Source: Camelus ferus (taxonomy: Eukaryota). From it: a stretch of DNA of 64,000 bases. Positions 1-13,849 of the stretch are shown in pieces. The translations under genes were made by a program, and so were the position numbers. The first letter of the stretch is position 1. Each line of letters starts with the position of its first letter. The notes under the pieces were generated by a model that did not search any database, was not told where the DNA came from, and saw only the letters and a list, made by a program, of their open reading frames with translations. The stretch lies in assembly GCF_009834535.1 (NCBI RefSeq), contig NC_045696.1:45572001-45636000 (forward strand), read 5' to 3'.

Positions 1-3000
1 AGATAAGAAAACTTTCAGTTTTGAGTTCCAGGTAGGTATGTATGTTTTTCCCAACTATATCTTCTCTTGTTTTTTCTTGAACTGTTAATCAGTTGGAGTT
101 TGATCTTCCAAAGTTTATAGCTAGTACTTTGACTAAAATATGGCCTTTGTTAAAGTTCTAATTTGGCGTTTCACTTTGTTAAATAAATATAATTGAATAT
201 GTTAAAATTCTTACTTGTAAAATAATAATAGCCAGATGGCAGGCACAAGATTTTAGCAACACAATGGGCTTATGCTTATGTGACTTTATACTTTATACTC
301 AGCATATTTTAGAAATCCTCATTTTGCTCAATACCTCTCATTTTTAGGCAATCAGTTCAGTTTTTAGGTTAGATACTTACATAATTAGTCAGTCAATTAT
401 GAGTCTTTCTCAATAGTCCTCTCTTTTCTTTTGTCCTTCTCTTTGAAGTGATCCAAATTTGACAGGCAGGATTAGAGTGGCATCATGGGACAATTTTTTC
501 TACCATTATTTTTCATCTGCTCTGGCCTCCACTAAGAGTAACTCATTCTGCTTGGTCTCCATCATTGTATAACCTCTACTGCTAATGTCCATGATCCTCC
601 CATGACCTCTGGGATCCAGGTCTATGTCTCATTGTGCATCCATGTATATCTTTGCTTCTGTTCATTTGTTCTCAGCCAAAACCATACTCTCCAACTGGAC
701 CCCGGGAACTTTCATAGACACTCCCAGTTAGTGATGGGATGCAAGGACTCAACAAATCTAACTTTAGGTCCATCCCCTTTGACTCCACCCTTATGCATTG
801 TTAGAACCACCCTCAGGATTCAGTCTGGACATGGGATCACTCTAAGAGAGTCTAATTTCTCCATGCCACAGGCTAGGAAGGAGACACAAGTCTTGTCTGT
901 CTCAGACCCCACTAAACTTACTCTCACATCCACCTTTTGCAATCTGTCCTGGAGAAAGTTTTAGGTCTTTTTTAAGGAACTCAAGGAGCATCTAAAGCTC
1001 TAGCCATATCTCTTCTAAATCTCTTTCTCTCTCTCTCTCTCCATCTGATTGGTTCTACTGTTTTCTCCATTTGCTGTAGCAAGAAAAAGAGCTCTTATAA
1101 AATTCATACATTTCCTTTGTTATGTGGTGTAGGTATAATCTTTCTGTTCTGAGCTCACTAGCCTTTTAACATAATGGAGCCCAAATCCTTTTGTCTACAA
1201 AAATTCTAGTATTTGCACTAGAGACTCTATCCTATTCCAAGACAGTTCTACATTTTAAAAATGTGCTCAGAAATTCAACAGACTTCTTTGTTTTAGTCTC
1301 TGTCAACTCTTTCCCAGAATGAATAAATACCACTGAGTCACTGGGCAAATAGCCTCAAGATGATGAGAAAATTTTGGTCTTTGTAAGAAAATACAAAATT
1401 CTGTCATTATCTCAAAATATTATTAAACTAAATATTAGATTCATTTGCAAATTTAATATTCTCTTGGCAAGTAAAATACATATTTTCTAGGTGGAGACAG
1501 AGTCTGCCCAACTATCTCAATTATTGTCAGGAACAATAAGCCAACATTTTTCATCAGAAATAATGATGCTAACCTTTAATCGCAGTCATCAGACCTTGTG
1601 TTCACACCAAATAAGATAGAATATTTAGAATGCTACTGTAGTGACTAAACCACTTATAAGGCAATGGAAATCAGTGGGTAAGGTTTTTAACATTTCAGGG
1701 GCATATTCTTATCTGCAATTTATTCAAATCTAGGTAATAATATGCTTGACAATGTATGTAAGTGCTCTATTCTTAAAATTTAAATTCTGTTCTATTCTTA
1801 AAATAGAACAACAACTTCCATTATAGCCAAGTGCTATAACTTAAAACTTTCCAAAGTATACTTATTAAATACAACTGAATTAAGTTCCTTAATAGAATGG
1901 TTAGATTTGGAATAAAACACAGCACTTTAACAGTCTAAGTTTCATCTCATGCTTCTGTGTTACAACCACATTTTAAGGTTTAAACATGAGATCCACCAAT
2001 GCTCTGGATAGGTGGCTTTTAATTTTTTTTAAACAGAATATACAATGTCATTGAACCAACTTTTCATTTGTGGTATACCATCAATTGATCATTTATTCCA
2101 CACATCTTCTTATGAAATAAAAAAATTGAAAATTGATCTGATCTGGCTATATTTTGCCATGGATTGACAATCTTACTGTAGATATCAAAGTTTCCCTCAC
2201 AGATTCTTTGATATATATAATAGAATTGCACAGCCATCACTCACGTTGTCTGTCTTGGTGATAATCAGTCTGAATTGGGAATGAGCCAGTTTTCTCATCA
2301 TTATTAAGAGATTCCTTAATTAGCCTCCAGCATCAGTCAATAGTGGCATTCACATTTTTTAAAGAACATTTTCAAAATTCTATTCCTAGTTTTACTTTAA
2401 ATACTTAACAGAATCAAGATGAGTTCTGTAACTCATCTACCTTCCTAAAGTAAAAATGTGAAAACAATCATGGGATATAATCTCATTGTTTCAATTTGTT
2501 TTTCTCTTTCATCTCTCAGTAATGACTCCCTTCCTTCCTAAGTAGCTCTATTACATTTACCACTCATTCTAAAACTGTCCTTTTGTTCCTGTGGATTGTT
2601 TTATCCTCATTATAAGAGAGAAGCACAGTCATTTATAAATAAGAGCCTTCATTATTATCTTCAGCATGTTGAAAGTGTAAGCGGCATCTTTTGTTCTTTT
2701 CCATCTGCAACACATATGCCATCACTCTTTCATGCTTGGAATGCATTTTCTAAACTATGACTTTATTAGAATATATGCTAAGCTTTAACATAATCTCCTA
2801 AATAAAGCTAAATAAGTAACTATATAAAGCAGCCAATTGTAATTTTAATTTTGGGGGAATTTTTTTATTTCTGCTAAACCAAAGAAAATGAAAATATTAA
2901 TTGTGTCTCTAAATGAATAAGGCACTACTACCTTTGACTACTAGAGGAGACATAAAGATGAGTAACATTCAGTTTTTGCCCTCAGAAGAGCTAACGTCAT

Positions 3001-3329
3001 TTGCCCTAACTTTGCCCATAAGAAAATGGTAATTCGTACAAAGCTGAATTAGAACTCTCTTAATATAAACATACATTATAAATATTAAGATTTAAAAATG
3101 TAATACTGCTAGCATTCTAATTTCAATTACCCAAGATAAAAGGCAATTTAACCTTTCAGAGATAATCCTACCTACTTTGAATAACAGCAAACCCAGAGTT
3201 GTCTAATAACCTAAAAACAAAGATGTAGCTGTAATGCAAATAAAATAGTTGCTATATTAGAGGCATGTCAGCGTGATGTAATAGCCCAGAGAAAGGCACA
3301 CTGGAGAATAATCTAGTAGGTTGCATTAA

Positions 3330-4064
3330 CAGCTTTCCAGGCAGAAAGAGAAGAAAATCTGTCTGTGTCTGAAGTATGAAAAGAAATGGTCATTAAGAAA
3401 AGAGACAAAAGACTCACCATCAAAATTAGGGCCCATTTGAAGTATCAGGAAATGAGGGTATAAATCACATACACGGTAAACCGTAGGGCCCTGTAGATCC
3501 ATGCAACTATGCGTGATGGTGAAGAAGTCTGCGGAAGCCTGCTGCCTCTGCATCTGACAGTAGATCTGAAGTTGCCGAGCCAGCAGAATGGTACGTAGGA
3601 AGGGAAGGTGGGAACAGAGCAAGAGCAAACTGGAACTCATGAAGGCAGTCTAGAACCAGCCAGCACAAACTGAAGTACAGGTCTGAATCCCACTGCCTCC
3701 AACCACGACGGTGCAGCTGACCTATAGATGAAGCTGAAGACCTACACCATGGAGCTGCACATTCATCTGGTTCAGGACTTAGAGAAACTGAAGCAGATTA
3801 AATGGGAGCTGGAGTGGCCAGGGACTCAGCTGCTGCCTCCTGCCAAGCATGGGAGCCAGCCTATCAGCAACGGCCGGAACGATCTACAACAGCACCTGGT
3901 GACCCTCACTGACATTCAGAGTAGAATGGCTGTTGCTTCACTTCCACCTTATAAATCTCCTGTGTATTTCTCTTGGGGCCAACCATAAGCCCAAAACCAT
4001 AAAGAGAAAGGGACTCTAGAAATGTAGTTTCAACTTAACTACACTGACAACGTACGGAGCCACC
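3330..4064 (-). mobile_element. ERVL-class solo LTR remnant (LTR41/LTR52-like, subfamily uncertain)
   Basis: Minus strand begins tggtggctccgtacgttgtcagtgtagttaagttgaaactacatttctagagtccc...ggtggaagtgaagcaacagccatt, resembling ERVL LTR 5' ends. Locally higher GC. Left boundary approximate. Confidence 0.55.
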
Positions 4065-4929
4065 ATGGGGTCCCCACAGGACCCCTGAACACAAGTATTT
4101 ACCTAGACTTCACACAGACTTCAGCTGAGCACACATTCTTACCCTGATGCTGCTTCTGTCTATTCTGTATCCCAGACAATCGCAGATTTCACCTGGAAGC
4201 ATCACATAAGCAAATCAAATGCGCAGGAATTCTGTTTTGGTCTCTGCTTCTAGATAATCTAATCTAAAGCAGGCCCCATCATGCTAAGGAGTTGTGACTG
4301 TAATTCAAAGCCAACAGGGAGATGCTGGTGGCTACTTTTTTTTCAACTGAAGTTAAGCCCATTAGAAAGGTGACCTAAGGTAATTACTGAATTACTGAAC
4401 CAAGATGCCAAAAAAGTTTTAAGGTACACTAAAAAAAAAAAAAAAATAATACTATTAATTAAACCATAAAGCCATGTTTCCTTGTCACTTTAAATTATTA
4501 GTTTATAGATGTTGAAAGAACTACTTTTAGAATTAAACACTGATTTTTATCAGTTATCATTTTTGTGTACACATTTAAAAAGGGTATTTCAATGGAAAGA
4601 AATGGTTAAGGTATTTTCAAAGCCTCTTCATATGAAGAATATATTCATATGAAATATTGAGCCATTTTCAACTCAGAGTGGTCAGTATCTGTGATTTTAC
4701 ATATTAAATCTTTCCCTGTCCCATCAAGAATGTTGGTAAAACATTTCTTAAAGAACTGATAAAACAATTAGAAGCCATTAGTGCTCAAAGCTAGGTGGGC
4801 AGTCATGTAAAACTAGACTACTTTTGACTTTGTCTTTAGGAATGTTGTTCTATCATTACACCAGAGTTTGTTTTAAGTCACTGACATCCATGCAGATTAT
4901 GAGACTGGGGCACTTGATGTTTGGGTGAA

Positions 4930-5049
4930 GACACTGATAACCCCATTATGACTGCCATCTGGCTAACAGTTATTGTAAGAAGTAGACTAATTTCAAAAAA
5001 AAATTAAGACATGAAAAGTTGTGTACTTAGAATCAATAAATGATATGGT
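4930..5049. mobile_element. TcMar DNA transposon fragment (MER104-like)
   Basis: Ends in tgtgtacttagaatcaataaatgatatgg, similar to the terminus TGCGTCTTAGAATCGATGAAATACGG. Confidence 0.45.
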
Positions 5050-6929
5050 CCCTGGAACTGAAAATGGATATGCAATAATTAGGAAAAGTGGCTACAGGAC
5101 ATCTGTATTGGGAAAAGATGACAAGGACCTATACTAGAACGTTAACAGTAGATACATGAGAAGGAACTTGAGTTGCACCTAGGAAGCAAAACTTGTGTGG
5201 ATAGTTAAAGTGAAAAAACAAAAGAAAACAAAAAGAAACCTAAGCAAAGATACTCTCTTGATATATTTATATTAAAGGTTCTGGAGGCTGTTAAAGATCA
5301 TTTTATAACAAACAACACAAACTTACAAATGGGTATGTATATAAAGACTGAAGCTCTTATCATCAATTTGAAGAACTTTTTATGCTTTCACAGTTCTTAA
5401 TGAATTTGTGGATTTACACAGATTCAGTTCAATCTGTTGCCAATATTAGGATATTATTAGGGTGCGCAAAAAGTACATTCCACCCAACTGATTACCATTT
5501 GTTAATTAAACACTGATGTTGGACCTCCACTTCTGGCTATACTACTATCTACAAATAGTTTAGGGAGTGTTGTTTTAAAGCAATACGCTCATGAAATATG
5601 ATAATAATAGTTTACAATTCATTACAAAATTGTTCTTCTATTCTATTATTGATTTAGATTTATTCTCTTCCACTTCATGACTATATAGACAAATTGTACC
5701 TTCAAATATCCCCACTATGTTTTCTTGCTATGCATTTTAGTGGGTTAAAGAAAACATCTTATTTGCATTAGTATCTCTAGATATGCATATATGTCCAATA
5801 TCAATAACCAAGCATGTTATTGGTTATTTTCATATTTTATAATAATTAAATTCAACCTTTAAAACTTCAAAGACACTGATTACCATACTGTATACTTCAA
5901 AGCAGATCATTTGACAAAAAATATAATTTTATTGGCAATCTATTCCAAACACAATTTTTAACAAGTTACTTATAATTTGTTTCTTTTGCACCCTATTTCA
6001 TCATATATTTTAATGTAAAAAAATGATTCTTTGGAGAAATTGCATGATCAAAATTTGAAACACAAAACTTTTTGCTGGTTAATACATTAAGATGAGATGA
6101 AGAATTTAGGTCTCTCATCATCCCTCAGATCATCTGTGACTGCATCCTCCAAGTGGGGCAATTGAGTATTCACAATATTGAACAAAAAATTAAGTTGAAT
6201 AAAACCTCATTTTGGAACTGTCATTTCTTGCAGATATCTTTCACATAGTTTTAAAAATAAACTGTAAAACATCTGCTAAGAATCAATTTCCATCTGTCAT
6301 CACGTGGCTGTCATGCATATATTTATGTAAACTTTTTTTAATTATCACAGGAAATTTGAAACATACATAAGAGAAGAGAGAATAGTGTAATAAAGTTCTG
6401 TACACTCATCTTCTAGCTTCAGCAATTATCAACATTTAGTCGTGCATATTTTAATATAATATGACAATTTCTACTATAACTATTATTAACTGCCACCACC
6501 ACCATTTGAAAACTAAGTACTATGTGCTAATGTTTTAATGAAAGTTCTTAGTTGTAAGCAATAGAAAAAAAGCTGGTTAATTTAAGTGGAAAAGAGGGTT
6601 ATTTAATAAAATATAAAATAATCTGTAGAACAATCAAAAAATTCCTGAAGATAAAACATTCAGGAATACTGCAGAAAGTCACAGTGAAGCTCTTTAATTG
6701 CCACTGGAAATTAAGTGTAGCTTCTACCTTTACCATAATCCTTGCCTAATAAATTCAACATAGACCTTTATTTTACAAGCCACTAGATTTAGGGATGTGG
6801 TTAGCAACATATAGTACACGTGTCTGCGAGTAGCTGCAAAGGAGACTAGAAAAACTAGTAGCTGCTTCTGTGGTGGGAACAGTTCTAAGAATAACAAAGT
6901 AGGACATGTCTCAAATATAGAAAAAAACC

Positions 6930-7262
6930 ACTGCATACCACTAATATGTAGAATCTAAAAAACAAAACAAACAAATGTATATAGCAAAACAGAAACAGAC
7001 TCCGATATAGAAAACAAACTAGTGGTTACCATTGGGGAGAGGGAAGAGGGAAGAGGGAGGGGCAAGAGAGAGGTGTGGGATTAAGAAGTACGAACTACTA
7101 TAAAATAGTAAAGCAACAAGAATATATTGTATAGCATGGGAAATTATAACCATTACCTTATAATAACTTCTAATGGAGTAAAATCTGCAAAAATACTGAA
7201 TCACTATGTTGTACACCTGAAGCAAATATGTTATTGTAAACCAATTATATTTCATTTTTTTA
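6930..7262 (+). mobile_element. 5'-truncated LINE-1 3'UTR
   Basis: acagaaacagactc...aacaaactagtggttacc, G-rich tract, then gaatcactatgttgtacacctgaa...gtaaaccaattatatttca. Confidence 0.9.
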
Positions 7263-7339
7263 AACAAATAGAATGAATAGAAAGGTAGATAGATTTTTTT
7301 TAAAGGGTGCAGGTGCTGGAAAATGAAAGATTAGCACTA

Positions 7340-7564
7340 AGCACTTCATTCAGGCATCAGGCACTGGGCTACATATTTTAATTACATTCTTAGTCAAATT
7401 TACCTGTAAGTTAGTGTCTTTTTTTTTTTCTTCAATTATCCTCACCTTAGAGATAAAGTGATTGAAGTTAAGTAACTTTCCCAAGGTTATATAGCCATTA
7501 AGTATTGGAACTTGGACACCAATAAAATCTGTCTGATCCAGTCTGTGTGTTAACCACTGCACTG
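7340..7564 (-). mobile_element. MIR SINE
   Basis: Core-like aagtaactttcccaaggttatatagc and terminal gtctgatccagtctgtgtgttaaccactgcactg. Confidence 0.75.
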
Positions 7565-8349
7565 ATTTTGAACTAAAAGGGATTTACAAAAGCCATCTAT
7601 TGCAATCAAATTAATCATCTTACAATAAGACAGTGAAGACCAGGGAGAACGTTCAGTGACTTATCCAACGTCCTATTACCAGCCACCTCAGACATCCTTT
7701 ACAGCAGAGTTCAGACTACCTGATAGGATTTTGACATATGATGGTGCTGATAATCGTGCACGCTGCCCTAGTGACTGTGGGGAGACTGGCATTCCCAAAT
7801 TCAGAGCTCATCTTCAGTATTGATTTTATTCTAGAATACTCAGGGTACAAGAAATATGAAAGATAGACATAAAATGTCTAAAACAAACAGAATCAAAACT
7901 CCACACAAAGAGAAAGAAATGGTAATGGAACTTAGTCAGATTGACAAGCAGCAAAACATCCATCTCCTCCCAGGGAAAAACACTTGATTTGTTGCTGCAT
8001 TTACTTGAAATCAATCTCAGACATTCAGGCCAAAAGGAACAATTTAATAAACAATCAGCACAATTTAATGAATTTTATATACTTGAAATCATATCTGGGG
8101 CTTTTCACAATCCAGGGTTCATACCTATAGATGTATATTGAAAACAGGCACACATGGGAATGTAGGAGGCTACAAGAGTACTTAAAAATTGGGATAAAAA
8201 TAATCTGAGGAGATTTTTTAACCCTAAGGAATTTCCATTATCAAAATTATATGTAAAAAGACTTTCCATTCACATGTTCTTAAAGGACCTATGATTGAAT
8301 GAGGTGAAATAAAGCTAAGAAGAAATTTTTATTATAAGTATCTTTTTTC

Positions 8350-9350
8350 TTATTACTTACAAAATTGTTAAAGTTATATTGTTACATAATTATATTTTTT
8401 GCACTTATCCACTTACTTGCCTAGGAGGGAATATTCCTAAAAATGGAATTCTGAAGTAGAAAGAAACGCATTTAACTTTTGATTCCATCATGCCCTCTAC
8501 AGTTATACAAAATTACAATTTTATAGTTGCATATGAAAATATCTCCTGTCCCACACATTATTCATTAACATTTTCCAATATAATAATTTTAAAATGAGTC
8601 TTAAATAAATATGTCTTTGATTTCTATTGAGGTAACATATTTTATAAATGTCTACTATTATTCATTTGAACTGCCTGTTCACATCCTTTCCCATTTTTCT
8701 ATTGGAGCACTTGGACGCTTTTTATTGTTGTTTGAGGACATTATTTGTATCAAGAAATATAATCTTGTGGAATATATTAAAACTTTTTCTATTTTTTTAT
8801 GTTTGTTGATTTGTTTATATACTTCAGTTTGGTTTAAAGATGTTTTAAACACGTGGACAATTCTTTCTCATTAGAGATTCCATCAGTAATCTTAAAACAG
8901 AGAAAAGTTTTCCCTGTCTCTTAGGTTATATTAACATTCACTTATAATATCTTCATATCTCATGAGTTCATTTCTTCATTGAAAGTTATAATTTTTATAG
9001 AATTCCCTTCTATTTCAGTTACGCATTTGTGAGTATATACTCTATATACATTTACATTTCCCTGACTAATCAGCCATTTGTCTCACCACCATCTAAATGT
9101 GAAATAATATTTATTTTCTATTTGACCTATTATATTTTATGGTCTGTTTTCCCTCTTCTTGTTCATCTTTTAGACTGATCACATATTATTATTATCAAAA
9201 ATTTCACTTTTTAAATTTTTCTGTCTATTAAGTAGTTAATTATGCATTCTTTTCCTGGGCTCTCTAAATATTTCAACAAACATCCTTGATGTATTACAAC
9301 TTAATTACTTCTTATTATAAACAATATATCTTTAATAATACTAGTATTGT
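8350..9350 (-). mobile_element. Old degenerate L1 (L1M-type) fragments
   Basis: gaactgcctgttcacatcctttcccatttttctattgg and similar antisense L1 ORF2/3' motifs. Highly diverged. Confidence 0.55.
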
Positions 9351-10410
9351 TTTAAAAGAATTATGCAACTAGTTGCCTTTGAAGAATTCAGATAACTTTT
9401 GAGCATCCAGCCTGCTGATTGTCTATTTTGATTTGTTTAGTTTTGCTTTATATTTTTAAAAAATAGTCTAACAATGTCAATAAATTACACAGCAGATTAA
9501 AAGACAGATTTTTTTCTCCATGAAGAAAATATTTACCTAATAAAATCTGGAAATGAAAAAAACTATTTGTCCACAGTTAGTGAGAATAGTGGATACTGAA
9601 AATCATATTCTGAATAATAGATAAATAACTGGTTTCTTAAAAATTGAGACATACGATATGTGGAAGATGTTGGTGGATAAGATTGAGAGCAGTAATTGTT
9701 TCTATTTTAAAGGATAAAAATTTACTACGGCATAACCTATTAGAGCTTCATAACACAGATTTAAGTATGCTTTAGCAAAATAGTGCAATCCGTTTGCAAG
9801 CTAAAAATACCATCTGAGAAATGTTTTGCTTTTTTCACAAGATGAAACTATGATGTGGCCAATACTGAATTCATTTTCTTCTGAGTCTGTTTTACATGTA
9901 AAACACTAAGCCACAGTGTTATATTTAATGGTTGAACATAGTTACTGTATCTGAGTCTGCAATGTATTGTTAAATTATATGTTATTCTATTGATTCTTCT
10001 TGTTGACAGTAACCACATGAAAATCTGACTTAATTTTTCATATTTCATCACAAATCTACAATTGCAGAGTTATGCAGCAATATGCTTATTGGTTATTCAG
10101 TCCCAAGAACGCTAACATGAACATCTCTTTTTTGCCCTACCTTTCATATCCCAATAAAAAAAGGCTTGAGTTTTGAAATCATCCTTTACTTATTTTTCTG
10201 TACCAATTCCTGGACCTGTTCAGTTCTCAGGCTTAATCAAATTTCTTTTCAAAATGACTTTTCTCCATTTTCTCATATCACCGCTGCCTGATTTTTGTAA
10301 TATCCTCTTGGCCAGTTGTACACTGCTCTCTTCATACCCCAATCTCAATATAAATTAATATATGTTAGATTTTCTCCTCCAAATCACTATTAAAAATATC
10401 CTCTTAATTT

Positions 10411-10515
10411 CATCCCTTCCTTCCTTCCTCCTTTCCTTCCTTCTTTCCTTCCTTCCTCCCTTCCTTCCTTCTTTCCTTCCTTCTTTCCTTCCTTCTTTCC
10501 TTCCTTCTTTCTTCA
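10411..10515. repeat. (TTCC/TTCT)n polypyrimidine microsatellite
   Basis: Directly visible; explains the ERRK-repeat pseudo-ORF. Confidence 0.97.
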
Positions 10516-10729
10516 TTCTGTCCAAAAGTCATTAGATGGGCAATAAAATGGAAGCCCATGTAGCAGCTGGGTGTAGCCTTAGTGTCCTTGCTGGGTATGA
10601 AGTTAAAACTTGAGTAGAGTAAGAAGGGCATACACACTGAGGGAGGAAAGCGCTCCTTTACTATGAAGTTAGTCTGCAGTATGAGACATTGATGTGTTGT
10701 CAGCAATAAGAGTTACACATATGGTAAAG

Positions 10730-11030
10730 GGAATGGTTACAATAATCTCGGTGTGGTCATTTTAGAATTGAGGTTTTTTAGTGTGAACTCATGGTTAGAT
10801 AATATAAATAAATAAGTAACTTACATTGAATATTTCAGCACTTGCGCACAAAAGGGCCTCAGAGTAGAGAACTATTATAGCAAGGAGATCATCAAACACC
10901 CATATTTTAGTTTCTAAATATTATCTTCCACTAATAGAAATTAGGGTGTCTTGGAGAAATGGCTGATTCCAGAGCTGTCACAGGGAATTCCAAGTTAAGG
11001 CTGTAAGTAAGAACAAAAACCAAAGAATGA
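10730..11030 (+). mobile_element. Old L1 (L1MC/MD-like) 3' fragment
   Basis: agaaattagggtgtcttggagaaatggctgattccag motif typical of L1MC/MD 3' regions. Confidence 0.5.
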
Positions 11031-11041
11031 CAAGAACATGT

Positions 11042-11560
11042 TGTTCCAGTTATCTGTTGCTGCATGACACATCACCTCAAAACTTAATGCTTTCAAATAA
11101 TTTATTATTATACCTCATGGCAAGAGAAGGTCATCTGGGGTTTGTTGCCTGGGAATCTCTCCAATGATTGCAAACAAATGGCAACTGGTACTGGAATCAT
11201 CTGATGGTCTGAGGCTAGATATTCCGCACAGCTCACTCAAATGACTGATAATTGATGCCGACTGCTGTGTAGGAGCTCAGCTGGGGCTGAAGGTCTCCAT
11301 GTGTCTTTTTCATGCGACTTGAGATTTTTACCTAACTTTTTGGATTTTGAGAGAAAGCATTCCAAGAGCAAGCATTCCAAGAGAACAAGCCAGAAAATAC
11401 AAGACTTCTCTGGACTTGGCTTGGCAATAATGTGGTGTCACTTGTGCTGCATTCTATTAGTTACCAAACGCAAACTCAAATTTACTGTGGAAGGGGACTA
11501 TACAAGGGTGTAAATACCAGGAGGCATGGTTTGTATGCAGGCCATCTTCGGATTCTAGAT
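11042..11560 (-). mobile_element. MaLR LTR (MLT1 family)
   Basis: Starts tgttccagttatctgttgctgcatgacacatcacctcaaaacttaatgc; ends tacaagggtgtaaataccaggaggcatgg...ggccatctt. Confidence 0.8.
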
Positions 11561-11940
11561 AACAGTCTTCTCTCTGGCTGCAATGACTTACATCCCTCCC
11601 ACAGGCAAAATAGGCTATACCCCAATGACCACCACCCCACCACACCAGTCTCATCTGAGACAGTACCAGGCTCAGTGTTGATACTCTGGCCTAGACAGAA
11701 GTCCCTGGAGATGGCTCCTCAAGTGCATTTCCTAAAGTGTAGGTTTTCAGCATAACAAACACTAGTCTACATAAAATATGAAATGACTTTAACTGATCGG
11801 CTTTATTTTACAAAGGAATCACATATTATAAACTGGAAGACAAAGTACTACCAGAAACTAGAATTTAATCAGAGATATTTAAGAATTTCATAGCAAAATA
11901 AAAACTGGAAGCCTGTTATAGAAGAATATAGAAGATAGAT

Positions 11941-12137
11941 TAGTGGTTGGCAAACTTTTCTATATAGGCTGTACGGTAAATATTTTAGGCTTTACAGGCT
12001 ATATATAGTCATTGTTGCATACTTCTTTTTTTTTCTTTTTATAACCCCTAAAAATGAAAATCATTTATAGCTTCTGAGCCACAAAAAAAGAGGCCATATC
12101 CAGATTTAACCTGCAGATCATGATTTGCCCACCCCTG
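11941..12137. mobile_element. hAT-Charlie MITE (MER58-like)
   Basis: TIR-like ends tagtggttggcaaact ... atttgcccacccctg; internal gtaaatattttaggcttt. Confidence 0.8.
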
Positions 12138-12939
12138 GGTTAGACCATTAATTAGTAGATAGAATTATGAAAGAAATACAGCAACTTTGATTATATTACA
12201 AGTGTTTAAAAAACAAATATTGAGTGTTTAAGAGCAAATCTCTATCTTAAATATTTCTTAGTTGTCTCTGAAACCTCTATTTTAAATATATAGATGCTGG
12301 GAATATATCTGGTTATTATAGAATCATTTTATCAAATTATGATTTATAGCAATTATAAAATTAGGTTCCTGCAGTTCCTCAGAAAAGTGCCCCCTCAGTT
12401 TTTCAGAGAACTTGAAAGCAAATGTAAGGGTAACACATTCTAATATCAAGCCCAAGCATAACATTTCCCGAGAGGCATTTCCATTGTATCTAATTCGCTT
12501 TCATACTACTCCCTGTTTAGTTACTAAATATTTCACTCGAACGGCCGTGGGCTGTTCATCTCCCGGGCAGTCTGCTGAGGAAGCAGATGCAAATTGTGCT
12601 TGGTCATCATGCTCCTGGACTTCCTAATGAACAAACTATAAAAGTTATTCATGCAGAGACTGGCGTTTTCCTATTTGTTATTGAACCTGCAGTTAACTGA
12701 GCACTCCCTGAGTTTTAAGAACTTAACTGTTGGAAGGAAGCATTTTTCAAGTTGTCTGTAGAGATGGAAATCAGCTCTAAATACGATTACCCATAGGAGG
12801 TTTCTACAGACTTTGACTTCATGTCTGAGTAAAATTTTTCCCTCTGGGGGAAAGAGACAGATGAACGACTGGGGACACAAAAAATCTTACTTGTCATTGT
12901 GAAATCAAAGATTGGTGTGCTTGTCCTGACGCAGACTCG

Positions 12940-13130
12940 CACTGTGGTGAACAGCGCAGGCTCTGGCCAAAGACCTGGTTCAGAACTGTCTCCACAGCTT
13001 TGTCACCTGAGAGAAGCTGGGGAAATTACATCTTCCATGTCCTCGTCTATACAATAGGGAAAACAACAGTGTCTTACATAGGGTTCATTAGTTAATATGG
13101 AAAAACCTCTTAGACGAGTGCCTGAACTTT
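12940..13130 (+). mobile_element. MIR SINE
   Basis: tgtggtgaacagcgcaggctctggccaaagacctggttcagaa...cttagacgagtgcctg. Confidence 0.7.
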
Positions 13131-13179
13131 CAGTTTAAAAAGAAAAAAAAAACAAAAACTGTAGGCTAAAATGGTAATT

Positions 13180-13676
13180 GAGGGTTCCCTAGATTGCAGT
13201 CATTCACGCGCGGCTTTTATGATTTCTATGTACCCCGGTGCTTCACCTTCTTGAATTTCTTAATAATTATTTCACATATTATTATTTACCTGACATTTTT
13301 CTGAATATTCAAGTAAAACATGATTTAAATGGAAGCTTAATATTATCACCCTAAAGAAAAAGCAGTATCTTTACCATAAATGAGAAGTAACAAACAAATG
13401 TATACAAAATAACGTTATTTATTTCTAACTAGATAATGGTGACTGCCCAGTGCACTGAGCTATCTCCCTGCTTTCTCACTGATTAAAAGAAAATTATCAA
13501 ATGTTAAAGTGACGTTAAAAAAGTTAGAACCAAACTAAGGTTCCCTCCTCGAAAAAATTAGAAAGAGTGAAAGGAAATAGAAAAGGGGATAACTTTTTTA
13601 ACTATTCATGTTTTTAATGCCTTTTTTAATTGCACAACTTAAAATTATAATCCCCCACACTTTGGAAAACACTACT
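13180..13676. mobile_element. hAT-Charlie DNA transposon remnant
   Basis: Ends gagggttccctaga... and ...cacactttggaaaacactact resemble Charlie TIRs. Confidence 0.5.
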
Positions 13677-13849
13677 CTGCAGGAAGCTCTAGGGAATCCC
13701 TTAGACTTTAGCTGGACTTTAGTACAAAGCTAGAGTTCAGGTAATTATTGAGTTTCAGCTCAATCTAGAAGAGGGAAGAGTGCAAGCAAATGTACCAAAT
13801 CAGGCGTGTTGACGAGTGCACTGCTGTTAAATCACTGGGTTTGTGAAGG

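Noticed and set aside
229..245. Possible CTCF site (agccagatggcag)
   Set aside because: 5' part of the core motif mismatches; cannot be supported without a matrix scan or ChIP data.
1765..1812. Short duplication and 9-bp hairpin (tgttctatt...aatagaaca)
   Set aside because: Expected at this size in AT-rich DNA; no miRNA-length stem.
7834..7920. 87-nt open plus-strand exon-like segment (NTQGTRNMKDRHKMSK...)
   Set aside because: Weak donor (gtaatg); A-rich sequence stays open by chance; no homology recognised.
10410..10706. ORF with ERRK repeats
   Set aside because: Translation of the (TTCC)n microsatellite.
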